Assembly: GCF_018977255.1 (NCBI RefSeq)
Contig: NW_024704743.1
Location: 41,790,001 to 41,854,000, forward strand
Direction of reading: 5' to 3'
Length of the DNA: 64,000 bases
Source of the DNA: Callorhinchus milii
Taxonomy: Eukaryota
This document shows, in pieces, positions 26,261 to 39,580 of the stretch; the stretch's first letter is position 1, and each line of letters starts with the position of its first letter. Under the pieces are notes generated by a model. The model was not told where the DNA came from. It saw only the letters and a program-made list of their open reading frames with translations, and made no database searches. Made by a program: the position numbers and the translations under genes.

Positions 26261-27287
26261 TAAATCACTGTATGCACAACTAGATTTAAGGAAGCTTGTT
26301 AACCATAGAAATGTACCGCCAGAAGAAGGCCATTCAGCCCATTGTGTTAAGAAAACACACAAATTATAGCAATTTAAATTCTAGGCACATCAGCAATGAT
26401 CCATTTTGCATTTTACATCCCATTTCAGTTCAAGAATTTGCAATGTATAATTTTAAGAAGTCCTTCATGCTCCTTGTTTAATGTGTTAACTTTTGTTAGG
26501 TGATGCATGCTGCACTTGTGCAAGTACGGCATTTTGCTCACACAACAATATTAGTTTTAATGTTTATGATTCTTGCCTCAGTCGGTTCTGGATTCTGCAG
26601 TGAAATAAATTATGTCTCAGCCTATAAAACAGCTGCCATTTCATTGACTTTCAAAAAGACAGATGATTATTGGCAGTTCAAGCTGAGAAAGGACATTTAA
26701 TGTGCATGAGTGTGTACTCACAAGAATACATATTATTTTATACTGTTCAGGTGAAGTTGTTTTGGTGCAGCAGATGTTTGAGTGATATAAGCTGAAAAAG
26801 CACATTTAAAGTGAATGAATATGTATGATTTTTTTTGTCTTAAAATGTAATACAGTTTGACATCTCACTATACAATGCCTATTGGAGGCCTGATTTTCAT
26901 TCCCTTGCATTTTACTGATCAGTTCAGCAGATTGCTAACCGTTAAACATAATAGAGGGGTTAAAAGGGAGGTTTGATGTGATAATTACCATATGGTGGAA
27001 CATCCATTCCTGGCGATGTTCCAGCTGACAGTGACTAAACACTTGCCCTACTCTCCCTCTCCCACTTTAATCAGACAGACTTGCTCAAAACTGCACTCTT
27101 GCTGCCATTGGACAAGTCTTGGGTACTTTGTAGCCCGTCCCACCATTCCCATGAGTTCTGTGCCAATTTAAGGAATATCCAACAATAAATATTAAGCTAA
27201 CCCAGTACTAGAGTACACACAGGGCAGGAGAAATGATTTGCACAATCTACAGGAGTGGAATGTCCCACTCAAACATCACTTACTTAC

Positions 27288-27331
27288 CCGATTTTTCATC
27301 CCATAGAATCTCCTCCAATCTTGATTGACAC
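27288..27331 (-). CDS. 44-nt candidate exon (CQSRLEEILWDEKS)
   Basis: Acceptor ggcttcttcttaacag, consensus donor CGG|gtaagt; phase 1 end matches exon 20167-20225. Confidence 0.55.
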
Positions 27332-27604
27332 CTGTTAAGAAGAAGCCACTGATTACATCTAGAAAATGATTTGTATATTCTCCTTCCATCCTAGCAGTCC
27401 TAGCTTGACTACTTATTTCCAAGCAACCAACAAAACCTCAAATTTATGCTTATTAAAACAAGCTTTCCTCTTTCCACATTAAAATTGCAGTTGATGAGTT
27501 AACAGCTATTCTGGACATGTGCCATATTTTATGAGCTCCAGAGTCAGCTCACCTCCTTCATAAGCATGATGTTGTGCATTAAAGTAGGTTTTAATCTCTT
27601 TTTT

Positions 27605-27976
27605 GGAGTACTGTAGCTCAGTGATTAGCGTATTTGCCTTGCAAGCGAGAGGACCTGGATTTGATTCCCGGGCAGGGCGAAATGTTGGGCAAGTTTTCTT
27701 ACTCTCCCCGCCTCTGTTCACCTAGAAGTAAGTAGGATCCCGGTTGATAGTCGATTGGTGGATGGCTTTTCCGGAGGTAATAATCCCTTTCAAAGACTAA
27801 ATAAAATTACTAACAATTTAGTGACTCAACCCATGACTGTTTGTGAGACACTGCTGTGCATAATTGGCTGCCCACAAAATATACAGTCAATTACAGTGAA
27901 TATGCTGTGAAATACTTTGAGATGTCTTGAAGACGTGATAAGACGCTTATCAAATGCTAAGATTATTATTATTATT
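27605..27976 (+). mobile_element. tRNA-Ala-derived SINE (long form)
   Basis: Full head, body and (ATT)n tail. Confidence 0.92.
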
Positions 27977-28305
27977 TTGCACTGAATTAAAATCTTGTAC
28001 TCAATACATATTATTGCAGAGATGAAAATTTTAACCCATAATATTTTTTAAAAATTCGGGCCTGCTTAACGAACCTTACTCAGCGGCCATAAGACCATAC
28101 GATTAGGAGCAGGAGTAGGCCATTTGGTTCCTCGATTTAATAAGATCATGGCTGATCTTCTAGCTTAATTCCATTTACCCGCCCTATCCTCATATCCCTT
28201 AATCCCTCTATCCTTTAGAAATCTATCAACCTCAGTCTTGAATATGTTGAAGGACTGAGCATCCCCAGTCTTCTGGGGTAGAAAATTTCACAAATTTAGT
28301 ACCCT

Positions 28306-30900
28306 CTAAGTGAAGAAATGTTTCCTCAACTCAGTTCGAAAAGGCTGACCCTTAATCTTGAGACTATGACCCCTAGTTTTAGATTCTCCAACCAGGGGGA
28401 ACAGTCTCACGGCATCTACCCTGTCAAGACCCTTAAGAATCTTATAGATTTCTATAAGATCACCTCTAATTCTTCTATATTTTAGAGAATATAGGCCTAG
28501 TTTACTCAACCTATCCTCATAGGTCAACCCCCTCATCCCAGGAACCAACCTAATGAATCTACGCTGCACCCCCTCTAAGGTGAGTATGTCCTTTCTTAAA
28601 CAAGGAGACCAAAACTGTACACAATAGTTTAGGTGTGGTCTCACCAAGGCCCTATACAACTGCAGCAAGACGTCCCTCCTCTTGTACTCTAACCTTTTTG
28701 CAACGAACGTCAACATGCCATTAGCCTTCCTAGTCGCTTGCTGTCTCTGCATACTAATTTTTTGTGACTGGTGTACAAGGACACCCAAATCCCTCTGAAC
28801 ACTAACACTATCTAATCTCTCCCCCTCTAGAAAATATTCCGCTTTTCTATTTTTACTACCTAGGTGAATAACTTCACATTTCCCCGCATTATACTCCATC
28901 TGCCACCTTCTTGCCCACTCTCCAAGCCTGTCTATTTCCCTTTGCATTCTTTGTGTGTCATCCTCACAGCTTACTCTCCCACCTATCTTTGTATCATCTG
29001 CGAATTTAGATATACTAAGTTCTATTTCCTCATCTAAATCATTGATGTAGACTGTAAATAATTGAGGCCCAAGCACTGATCCTTGTGGCATTCCACCAGT
29101 CACATCCCGCCAATCTGAGAAGGACCTGTTTATCCCTACTCTCTGTTTTCTTCCCGTTAGCCACTCTTCGATCCATGCTAATATATTGCCTTTAATTCCA
29201 TGGGCTCTAATCTTATCTAACAGCCTTTTATGTGGCACCTTGTCGAATGCCTTCTGAAAATCTAAATACACCACATCTACTGGTTCCCCCTATCTAACCT
29301 GCTAGTTACATCCTCAAAAAAATCCTCCTTGTTAAACATGACTTCCCTTTTGTAAAGCCATGTTGACTCTGTCTAATCATGTTATGATTTTCTAAGTGCC
29401 CCACGACGACGTCCCTAATTAAGGATTCTAGAATTTTCCCTATCACCGATGTCAGACTAACTGGTTTATAGTTCCCCAACTTCTCTCTCCCACCCTTCTT
29501 AAATATGTTGTTACGTTTGTGATCTTCCAATCAATGGGAACCATTCCAGAATCCAGGGAATTTTGGAAGATCAAAAACAAAGCATCCACTATCTCTGCAG
29601 CCACCTCTTTTAAAACCCTAGGATGCAGGCCATCAGGTCCAGGGGATTTATCGATCTTTAATTCTATCAATTTCTCTAGTACTATTACTTTACTGATGTT
29701 CATTTCTTTAAGTTCTCACTAACATTATCCTCCAGGTTCCCCTCTATTTTTGGTAAGTTTTCAGTGTCCTCTAATGTGAAGATGGAAGCAAAATATTTGT
29801 TTATTGACTCTGCCATATCTTTATCTCCCATTATAATTTCTCCTGTCTCTGCCTGCAATGGACCCACATTCACTTTTGATAGTCTCTTCCTCTTTATATA
29901 CTTGTAAAAACTCTTACAATCTATCTGTCTTTATGTTCCTAGCTAGTTTACCCTCATAATCCACTTTCTCCCTCTTAATCAGTTTCTTGGTTTTCCTTTG
30001 TTGTTCTCTAAAGCCCTCTCAATCCTCAGTTTTACAGCTCTTTTTGGCAGTATTATAGGCCTCTTTTAATTTTATACTTTCCCTAAGTTCTCTAGTTAGC
30101 CAAGGTTGAACCACGTTTTCCCATGGTATTTTTATTTTTAAGGGAATATGTGATCGCTGGGAATTATGTATTATATCTTTAAACGTTTGCCATTGCTGGT
30201 CTACCATCATATTTTTTAATCGAATTTCCCAGTCTACTTTAGACAAATCTTCTATCATACCTGCAAAGTTGGCTTTATTTAGATTTAAGACCCTTACTTC
30301 GGATTCAACATTATCACTCTCTAACTTAATGTTAAATTCCATCATGTTATGGTCACTCTGCCCAAGAGGAGCCTTAACTTCCAGATTGCTGATTAGCCCT
30401 GTTTCATTACACAAAACAAGATCTAGGATAACCTGTTCCCTGGTTGGTTCCTCAACCTATTGATCTAGAAAACTCTTTCTAATGCATTCTATAAACTAAT
30501 CCTCTACTTTACATTTCGCAATTTTGTTTTCCCAGTCTATATGAAGATTGAAATCACCCACTGTTAGTGTATTCCCCTTGCTACATCCTCCTCTAATTTC
30601 CTGGTTAATACCCTGCCCAATACTGTAACTGCTGTTTGGGGGTCTATAAACTACTCCCACTAGTGTTTTCTGCCCCTTGTTGTTTCTTACCTACACCCAT
30701 ACTGATTCTACATCCTGATTTTCTGATTTAAAATCCTTTCTCTCTACTGTTTTTATCTCCTCCTTTATTAGCAGGGCTACTCTCTCAGCCCCCCACCTGG
30801 TTTTCCACATTGTCTATCTTTCCTATACGTTGAATACCCCGGGATGTTTAGCTCCCACCCTTGGTCTCCCTGTATCCAAGTCTCACTAGTAGCCACGAGA
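28306..30900 (-). pseudogene. CR1 ORF2 (APE + reverse transcriptase), fragmented
   Basis: KSPGPDGLHPRVLKE, NYKPVSLTS, YLDFQKAFDKVPH, PQGSVLGP, KFADDTKIG, LVRPHLNYC. Confidence 0.95.
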
Positions 30901-31171
30901 TCGTACCCATTTACGTCTATTTGTGCCCTTAATTTGTCTATCTTGTTACGAATACTTTGTGCATTCAGATACAGTGCCTTTAATTTTGACCTCTTACTAT
31001 TTCCCCTACTCGTTAATGCCCTATTTCCTTTGTTGAGCTTTTTGTCCCTCTTGACAAACTCTGTTCTTTACCTCCCAAGTCACTACTCTGCTCTACAGCC
31101 ATGACTGTTCCTTATGCTTAACTGTAGCTGTAAACCTCCCTCTCCCCAACCTTAATAGTTTAAAGCTCCGC

Positions 31172-32194
31172 CTATTTCCCTATATAATCGTTTTGCCAGG
31201 ACATTGGTCCCAGCCGGTTATGGTGGAGGCCATCTCGATGGAACAGCTCCCTTTTCCCCCAATACTGGTGCCAGTGGCCCATAATACGAACCCCCTGCCT
31301 CCCACACCACGCTCTCAGCCACACATTTAACTCTTTCATTTGTTTGTCCCTGTACCAATTTGCGAATGGCTCAGGTAGTAATCCGGAGATTATCACCTTG
31401 GAAGTTCTTCCTATTAATTTAATTCCCAGTTTATTGAATTCACTCCTCAGGTCATCACTACCAGTCCTAACTATATTGTTGGTTCCTATGTGGATCACCA
31501 TAATTGGATCATCCACTTCCTACTACAAATTCATCTCAAACCTTGAAGAGATGTCCTTAACCCCGGCACCAGGAAGGCAACAGAGCCTTCGTGACACCTG
31601 GTTGCGGGTGCAGAGAAGAGCGTCTGTCCGCCTAACTGTCTCGTCCCCTGTCACAACTACATTCCGTTTTGCTCCCCCCGCTTGTGTGGCCTCCTGGAAA
31701 GAGCTGCTGGGGTCAGTTTGCCCATCCTCCTCCTTACAGACTTCCTTGTCCACACAGGTAGCAAATACCTTGTACCAGTTGGACAAGGTTAAGGCCTGAG
31801 GCTTCTCCACCACTCTCTCCGGGGTCCACTTACCTGCCTGACTGTCAGTCACACTGTCCTGTCCCTGACTAGTAGCAGGATCCATACATTTACTGAGCCT
31901 CAGGGAAGTGATTGTCTCCTGGATGAAACTATCCAGGAAGCTCTCACCTTCCCTAATGCTGTACAATGTCTGCACCTCGGATTCCAGCTCAGCTACTCTA
32001 AACTGGAGCTTCCTCAGTTGCAAACACTTGCTGCAGATGTAGTTGTCCGGGCTCAGGCTGCCCTCCATCAACTCCCACATACTGCAGTCATCGCACAACA
32101 CCTGCCATATTATTCTCTCCTCTCTCTCACACTCTGGATTATGGTTTTTATTTAATTTTTTTTTAGTTTTAAGTTTTTTTTCTGGTTCCGTCAT
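31172..32194 (-). pseudogene. CR1 ORF1: zinc finger/leucine zipper plus SGNH (GDSL) esterase, split
   Basis: CDDCSMW...CSKCLQLRKLQFRVAELE; VVTGDETVR, LPGAGVKDI, IHIGTNN, IISGLLP, DGLH. Confidence 0.9.
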
Positions 32195-32199
32195 TCGAG

Positions 32200-32222
32200 T
32201 GTGACGTCACATTGATGTCACT
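32200..32222. promoter_or_regulatory. CRE-like palindrome TGTGACGTCACA plus a degenerate copy in the CR1 5' UTR
   Basis: tgtgacgtcacattgatgtcac directly upstream of ORF1; promoter role is inferred. Confidence 0.4.
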
Positions 32223-33649
32223 TGTCGTTTTTCTGTTGATGCTCCTTTCCGCCCTCCAAATCATCATTACATAAAGGCCACTTTGGTCCAGTCTCCTGAG
32301 CGGTTGCTGAAACAGCTTGCCGTTTGTTAATTGAATTGAATAAAGACCAAAAGTTTTAGGTTAATCATGTTGTAGGTGCCATCAGTTGATGAGATTTTGA
32401 TATTTGTTTTGTCCTATTTGAATGGGTCAAAGCAAACAGAATGAAAAGGGTTACTTAAATGAAAATAATGGTTCAGTCTTGGGTGCAGATTAAAATTATT
32501 ATGGTTCCACAAGTGCTCATGTCATGTCATTACTATCTATCTGTGATTATGATTAGGTTGATACACAGCAATTTGTAACAAGAATCACTAAAAGCGACTC
32601 CTGTCGATATTTGGAATTGCATTACGCCGACTCAGAGGGGAAGTTCAGTAACAGTTCTCTCGGGTCAGAGTGATACACTTCCAATTTGCTGTCAGAAGGT
32701 GCTATTAACATCTGCTATGAATTGCCTCATCTTAAATCCAATGTTAATCAATCGCATTTCCTTAGCACCACCTTAGTGCTTGTTTCACATGGTTCTAGTT
32801 TGCAATTCAACTGGAGCTAAATCACTTGTACTGTCATTTTCAGAATTACTGTTGCTGGAGTTAAAAAATAGTGGCGCTCTGACTGCAAAGGCACCGGGTA
32901 TTTTGATGCATAGCAATTGAAAACATGAGCATAATTACAAGATAGCAATGTGGTTCTATTCTCTGTTTGGTCTACAAAGTACAGTCATTAACTGGTATGA
33001 ACCAATTCCATATCAGGGTTCCATTTACATTTGACTGATCATATGAAGCAACAAAAATTGGAATTAAAACAAAAAGGAACTTTAGAAATAATGAACCATA
33101 GAAGGCTTATTGAGAAGACACTCAGGATGGAACAGATTGAGAACTTAGATATCAGGCATACAAGTATGTGCCAGGGCATTTTTATGCAAATATAACATTC
33201 AGATCCTGAGCCCCATTGACACTTAACTAGAGATAAAAGATCTAAATACAATTTGAAAATTATTATAGGCAGCGTTTTTGCAGAAACGCATCAACTGTAT
33301 TGCATGCCTCAGTGTTAAGGTTGTAATTATTCTCTATTGATCTTTTTTTATCTTGAGTCATAAATATTTTCTATTTTTGATAGATAAATTAATATCCTTG
33401 AACCCAGTGTTGGTAACCAAAGTGTTTTCTTTTATCACTTTTAGCTTTCTTTCTTTTAGCCAGCGGATTAAAGTCTTATCTCTAATCCCTTTAACCATGC
33501 TTTCAGACATCTCTCCCCTCCTCACCCTCTTCAGCTCCCACCCTCCAGCTTGGGTACCCAACTAATAGTGTGAAGGATTTTGAACGTCCTTCTGACTATA
33601 TGAATGCAAATTGCATTGTATTGCTTATCTGTATCCATGTTGTAACAGG

Positions 33650-34030
33650 TGTCAGCCTGGCTTACTCTTTCCTTCGAGTTAGAAGGTTGTTGGTTCAAGC
33701 CCCATGTCATGACTTGGAACTCATAGAGTCTAGACTGGCCCTCCAATGCAGTGCTGGGAATGTGCTGCATTGTGTAGTCCTTTAAATGAAATGGTAACCA
33801 AAGCCCCATTTTCTTGTTCGGGTGGACATTAAAGATCCCATGGCACTGCTTGAAAAAAGAAGAGAATTTTTCCCAGTGTCCTAGCCAAAAATGGGTGATT
33901 AACTTCGTGGCTATTTATGTGACATTGCTGTTCACAAATTCACTCCTATGATCACCTACTAAATACACAGTCATTACACTTGAAAGTATATTAGTTGAGA
34001 TGTGCTTTCCATGTGAGATGTGTTAATATC
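33650..34030 (+). mobile_element. Deu-type SINE
   Basis: gtcagcctggct...ggttcaagcccc...gggtggacattaaagatcccatggcact. Confidence 0.8.
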
Positions 34031-34174
34031 AAATACAAGAATTGTTATTATGTTTTTAACCTGAATACCCTCTGACAATAGTTTGTAAAGGAGTTCCATA
34101 TGCTATAATTTCAGAAACCTACATTGTATCTCTTTTTCTAATTGTACACAAGGATTTAAGCTAGATATTCATAT

Positions 34175-34280
34175 GATGGAAAAGGCAACAGAAGAGTATG
34201 GAAGGGATAAGGAGTGTGTGGAAGTATAAACACCGGCACAGACTAGTTGGGCCAAATGGCCTGTTGCTGTGCTGAAAAAT
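34175..34280 (+). mobile_element. CR1-type 3' tail
   Basis: ataaacaccggcacagactagttgggccaaatggcctgttgctgtgctg. Confidence 0.75.
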
Positions 34281-36864
34281 TTAAAGCTATTTAAACTCTA
34301 TCACCCAAATCTTCATTGCTCTGTTTCACGATGATATTAGAAAGCTTCTGTAACACCAGAACAGGAAAGATTTAGCACTTTTCATGAAGAATGTACTCTG
34401 AATAACAATGGCGCTACCAGCAAATTGCAAAAACCATTATGGTTCTGAGATGACATTATAAAAAATGAAGGTAATGCACACAATTAGCATCTAGTTACAA
34501 AACACAATTTACACATCTTGTAACCTCACAACAATGATATACACATAATGTAAAGATCGTTCAAGAAGTGATTCTGATGTGTCACACAAATTCACATTAA
34601 TTTGCAATTTATTTCAAATACCAATCTGTTGGTTTTTAAGTTCCTCTTTTTGGATACATAAATTATTTATTATAGAATATTTAGCACTTTAATTAATCCT
34701 GTTTGGAAACCTTCAAACCAAATTAAAGTTTAAATGCGAGATAAAATTAGCTCCATAAATCAGCACTCTTTATGTATCTCATTAAGTTTGCACTATGGTA
34801 GGAAAATGTTTTTTTTGAGCTGATGTATGTTGCTTATTTGTTACTTAAAGCAGATCAATATTACTAAATGTTTTGATACACGTGAAATGTTTGTTATATC
34901 CATCTTTGTGTTCTAAAGGATTATATTCAAATTAAACGCTTTGACTAAATGTAGATAATGAAACAGATCACATCTTTCTTCCTCGTGCTCCTTCTGTGAA
35001 ACCAAGTATATTTGCTAAGGACAGTAGCTCTCTGATATATCAATATTCACTTTACTTTAAATTTTACCTTTGGTCTCAATCAGTTATAGAACGTCAATTA
35101 TTAATATATCTAACATGTTCATATTTTATGCTGAGAAAGCCATGATTGTAAGTACTAAAGCTATGAATTTTACCACCAGGAGACTTTTTGGTAACTGAAA
35201 ACAGCACCTTGAGAACTTTACCAGAGCTGTAAATGCATTGGTAAGTATTCAATGCATATATAGCTTGTGTACAGCTATATGTGATAAATCACAATCAATT
35301 TATTAACAAAATAATTGCCATTACGGGATATCTTCCGGATATCTGCAGCCATTGAGACATTTAATACAATGCGTTGCCAAAGATTTATTGGCTTAATGGG
35401 TGAACAATAGCACATGTTTCTGAACAACATATCTTGGGATCTCTTTTCTCAAAGGAAAAGAATATTCAAATAAACTAAAGCAACTTATCTTAATGACACC
35501 CTGGATGCAGTATAGTTAATTGAAACAAATGCAAAGCAGACATGCTTCACTGATGTCAGTCAAGAAAATGTGAAGGAACCTTTGAAAATATTTTTTTCAA
35601 TGAAAACTAGAAAGATAGAATGTTTAATAGAAAATCACTGTATTTTATACTGTGAATACCATTCTCCCTTATACAGTACAACATAGTAGCCAAACATATA
35701 TGCTGAATAGTCATTCAAAGTTTAGCAATACTCTAGATAAGAAGGTCCATTATCTCTGTGTGTTCAGAACTACATTTTACATTTGTTTGGGAGCTTGGAA
35801 GCATATTTTGCATTTTTTTTCCTGCAAATAGGATTAAACACAAATGTTTCATGAATTTATAATGAAATAAGAGCAGCTGCTAGCAAAATTGCATCAATCT
35901 TAAATAATTGCATTGAAGGCTATTTGCAATCTAGAGTTTCATTTGAATCAATGTCCCATTAACTTTCCCTATGGGAAAATTCATTAAAATATTCAGGACA
36001 AAAAGCACTTTAAATTTTAAGTAAGCAGTGCTGCCTTAAAAGTATCTTTTCTAAAAATGATAAAGATGTTGCTTGTTTAGTTTGCATGAAAATATCATAA
36101 CACAAAATATAACCAATACAGATTGCATTACAAAGACTAACATTAATGCTAAATTTTTAGCTTAACTTTTTTTTGAATAGGTAGAGCAATGTATTGCAAA
36201 CTTCTGCATTTTTTGTTTTACTTTGATTTTCTTACTGGCAGTAAAGGCTGTGAATAACTAGATGCAGAAGGAAAATTGGGGTTTTATTAACATGGAATGT
36301 TTGTTTCCATTAAAAATAGAAGTGGCAATTTTTGCTCCTGAAGCCAAGAATATGGAATGTTGATGTAATGTAATACTGTTCTGCATTAATTGGCTTTGTT
36401 ATATTGATGGCCTTTTTTATGGTTTAGGCTAATCCAGTGAATCTCTCTAAGTCACAAAATATTCTGTTTTTTCAGTATTAATGGTTCCTAAATTTACACC
36501 CAAGGCAAATGAGAAATATTGCTCACTGGTATGAGCTTAGTGCAGAATAGAATTTAATGAAAAACATTCTAATGAGCATTTATTTATTTCCTTCGAACCT
36601 TATCACAGATCTACCTGTGCAAAATGCTTTTTATTCACAAATGTATAGGATTTATTGGTGTATCTACTGTTGGCTAGTAAAGGTTTATTGCACTATGTAG
36701 TTTTGTGATATACTAATAGAATAATGTGACATGTGATGTGATAAATTTCACTGACATCTGTCTCCTGTTGTGGCTATGATCCTCCCAGCTTCTTGACATT
36801 GGTTGGACCTATAAATATCCAATAAATATCAACTTGTTTGATTGGAATTTTCAGTGATACAATT

Positions 36865-37415
36865 AATAATAATAATCTTTGCACTTGATATAGCTTCTAT
36901 AACATTGGGAAATCTCAAAGCACTTAACAGAGCTTTCCTATAACAAGTAGTAATTATGTGTGTAGGCAAACACGGCAGTCAATTTGCACATGGCCAGGTG
37001 CCACAAACAGCCATGAATTGAATGACTAATTTTATTTGGGATAGTTGGCCAGGACACCAGGAAAAACTCCCTCCACTTTTCAAATTGTACCACGGGATCT
37101 TTAACATCCATTTAAGTAGGCAGATGGGATCTTGGTTTAAAGTGTGAAGGAACACACATAGAAACAGGAGTAGGTTCTGCCATTTTATAAGATCATGGCT
37201 GATCTGTACCTCAAGTTCAGTTACCCACCCTTGCCCCATATCCCTTAATACCCTGACCTACAAATATCTATCTACCTCCGTCTTGAAAATATGAATGGAT
37301 CCACCTTGACAATGTAGCGGTCCCGCAAGATATTATTGAAATGTCAGCCTAGACTATTGGAGTTCAAAATGTTGACTAGGTGGCGAGAGTGCTGCCAACT
37401 GAGCCTGGCTGACAT
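36865..37415 (-). mobile_element. Deu-type SINE interrupted by a CR1 3' fragment (about 37155-37305)
   Basis: gggatctttaacatcca core; insert ataagatcatggctgatctg...ccatatcccttaatacc matches the CR1 tail at about 28140; head gtgctgccaactgagcctggctgac. Confidence 0.75.
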
Positions 37416-39143
37416 CTCATGCATTGCAATTTCTAACCCAAGATTTCCTATGGGAACCACTTATAAAATATATTGTCATTTGCTCGCATTGGTTCATGTT
37501 TAAGTGAATTGAATACAGTAGTTTATCTAATTGCCTCATACAGGATCCTTGATACATCACATATTCACCATTGTTGTTCTTTTGTCCTTTTCAACCAAAG
37601 GTTAACTAAGTCAAGTTTGAATAAGGATATTCTTTGCATTGCTGAATTTACAATGCACCTTTGAAAACTGAAGTGAATGGTCAGAAAAAAACAATTTCCT
37701 TATAAATATGTAAGAGACATGAAAGTGCTTCTTCACGACGTTTTCAATTAAGTTACTGATCTTGACATAAGCAATTATTATTCTCCACTCCATTTACCAA
37801 CTTTGATAATGTGTACCAATAATGAATGGATATATCGACAAGCAGAAAAAAATCCAGTCTTGTTGGTAAGTGAAGAATAACTTGCCCCTTTATTGATTTT
37901 TTTGTATATCTCTTTTATAACAATAATCCTTGGATTCGATACAGGACCTATATCATCATGACGTCTCAAAGTGTTTCACAGGATTCTTACTGTAAAGTGT
38001 GGTGACTGTGTATTTGAAGGCAAACACAACAGTTAATGTTGTGCAAATATATCATAGAGAACTGTCAAATGAATCCAAAATTCCTTGAGAAATCAAGCGT
38101 TTCATTTTGTAACTTTGAAAGCAGGCCTATTAATTTGGTTCATTTTTTCCTGGTTTGATACAGTGCATTTGTATCTTAAGTAGTAGTTTGCTGAAAATTC
38201 TTCAGCCTGACCTTTATGATGAATTGGCAACACACTCGATTTCCTGTGTAGTGGAGCACTTGTTAAAACAAATTCAACCAATTCTTTGATATTTACTCTG
38301 GCAGACGTTTATCTCACATTTTCATGAAAAGGTTTGGCTGGTCTTTCTTGAATGTTAGGCAGATGGTATGAGAAGCAGGAGATTCCCTTGTTGCAAACGC
38401 CATCTGACACTCATAGGCACAACCACCTGTTAAATTATGCTAAAAATCTGATAATCTTTGGAAGCCGTTCAAATTGCACATCCTTAATCTCCATTGGGTC
38501 TACAGCTATCAATCCAGCTTGTGGTTTTTAATAATCAAATTTCACATGGACTTTAGTTATGTGTTGTACAGCAGATTTTGACTCAAGATACACAATATAC
38601 TTGTTATTTGACCCAAGCTTCATCCCATGTCAAGTGCCTCTAAAGCACCTGAGAACTTGTGTTAGTTTGGGGAAATAAATAAAAACTTCAACACTGGCTA
38701 TGTCAGCTTGATTATATTTGATCACTTATTCAATCACAAGCCCACCAACTCCCACAGCTACCTGGACTACACCTACTCTCACTCCACCTCCTGTAAAGAC
38801 TCCATTCCCTTTTCCCAGTTCCTCTGCCTTCGCCACATCTGCTATGATGATGCCACCTTTCATGCCAGAGCAGCTGAAATGTCTTCCTTTTTCCTTAACC
38901 GAGGATTCCCATCCACTGTGGTGGACAGGGCCCTTGACTGTGTCCCCTTATTTCCCGCAACTCTACCCTCACCTCTTCCCCTTTTTCCCAGAACCATGAT
39001 AGGGTCCCCCTAGTCCTCACTTCCCACCCCACAAGCCTCAACATCCAAAAAATTATTTTCCACCATTTCCGTCACCTCCAACGTATCTTTTCCTCGACTC
39101 CCGTCTCAGCATTCTGAAGGAACCGTTCCCTCTGTAACTCCCT

Positions 39144-39580
39144 ATCCTTCGGAGGATACAGTTCAAGATCCTGGTCCTCACCCACAATGCCCTCCATGGC
39201 CTCGCCCCATCCTACCTCTGCAAACTCCTAACCCCCTACCAACCCGCCCGCTCCCTCCGCTCAGCCGGCTCCTGCCTGCTCCACGGCCCCCGACCCACCC
39301 GCCCCACCATTGGCGGGAGAGCCTTCAGCCTCTCTGCCTCCAACCTCTAAAATTCCATCCCCCAATCACTCCACCTCGCTCCCTGCTTAGCCTCCTTCAA
39401 GTCCCACTCAAGACCCTCCTCTTCGACCATCCCATCGGCCAGCCCCTTCCCCCTCCCCTCCCTTCTCCTGGCCTCACCCCAGCTCAGGTCTGAAATCCTG
39501 CACACTGTCCAGCACCATGGGATCTCCTCCCGATGTGAAAGGCACTATACAAATGTAATCTTGTTGTTGTTGTTGTTGTT
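39144..39580 (+). mobile_element. L2 3' fragment nested in Penelope
   Basis: C-rich L2 body similar to 49075-49626, (ttg)n tail; Penelope sequence resumes directly afterwards. Confidence 0.9.

Larger units (their letters stand above)
28098..32260 (-). mobile_element. Near-full-length CR1-clade LINE, disabled by stops and frameshifts
   Basis: 5' UTR, ORF1, APE endonuclease remnants (LGQSDHNMMEF), RT, and 3' tail ggcctactcctgctcctaatcgtatggtcttatgg. Confidence 0.95.

Noticed and set aside
27288..27331. Similarity of CQSRLEEILWDEKSEC to the FTO C-terminus (RCQSRIARTLPADQKPEC, recalled)
   Set aside because: Too short, and the following exons do not resemble FTO; treated as coincidence
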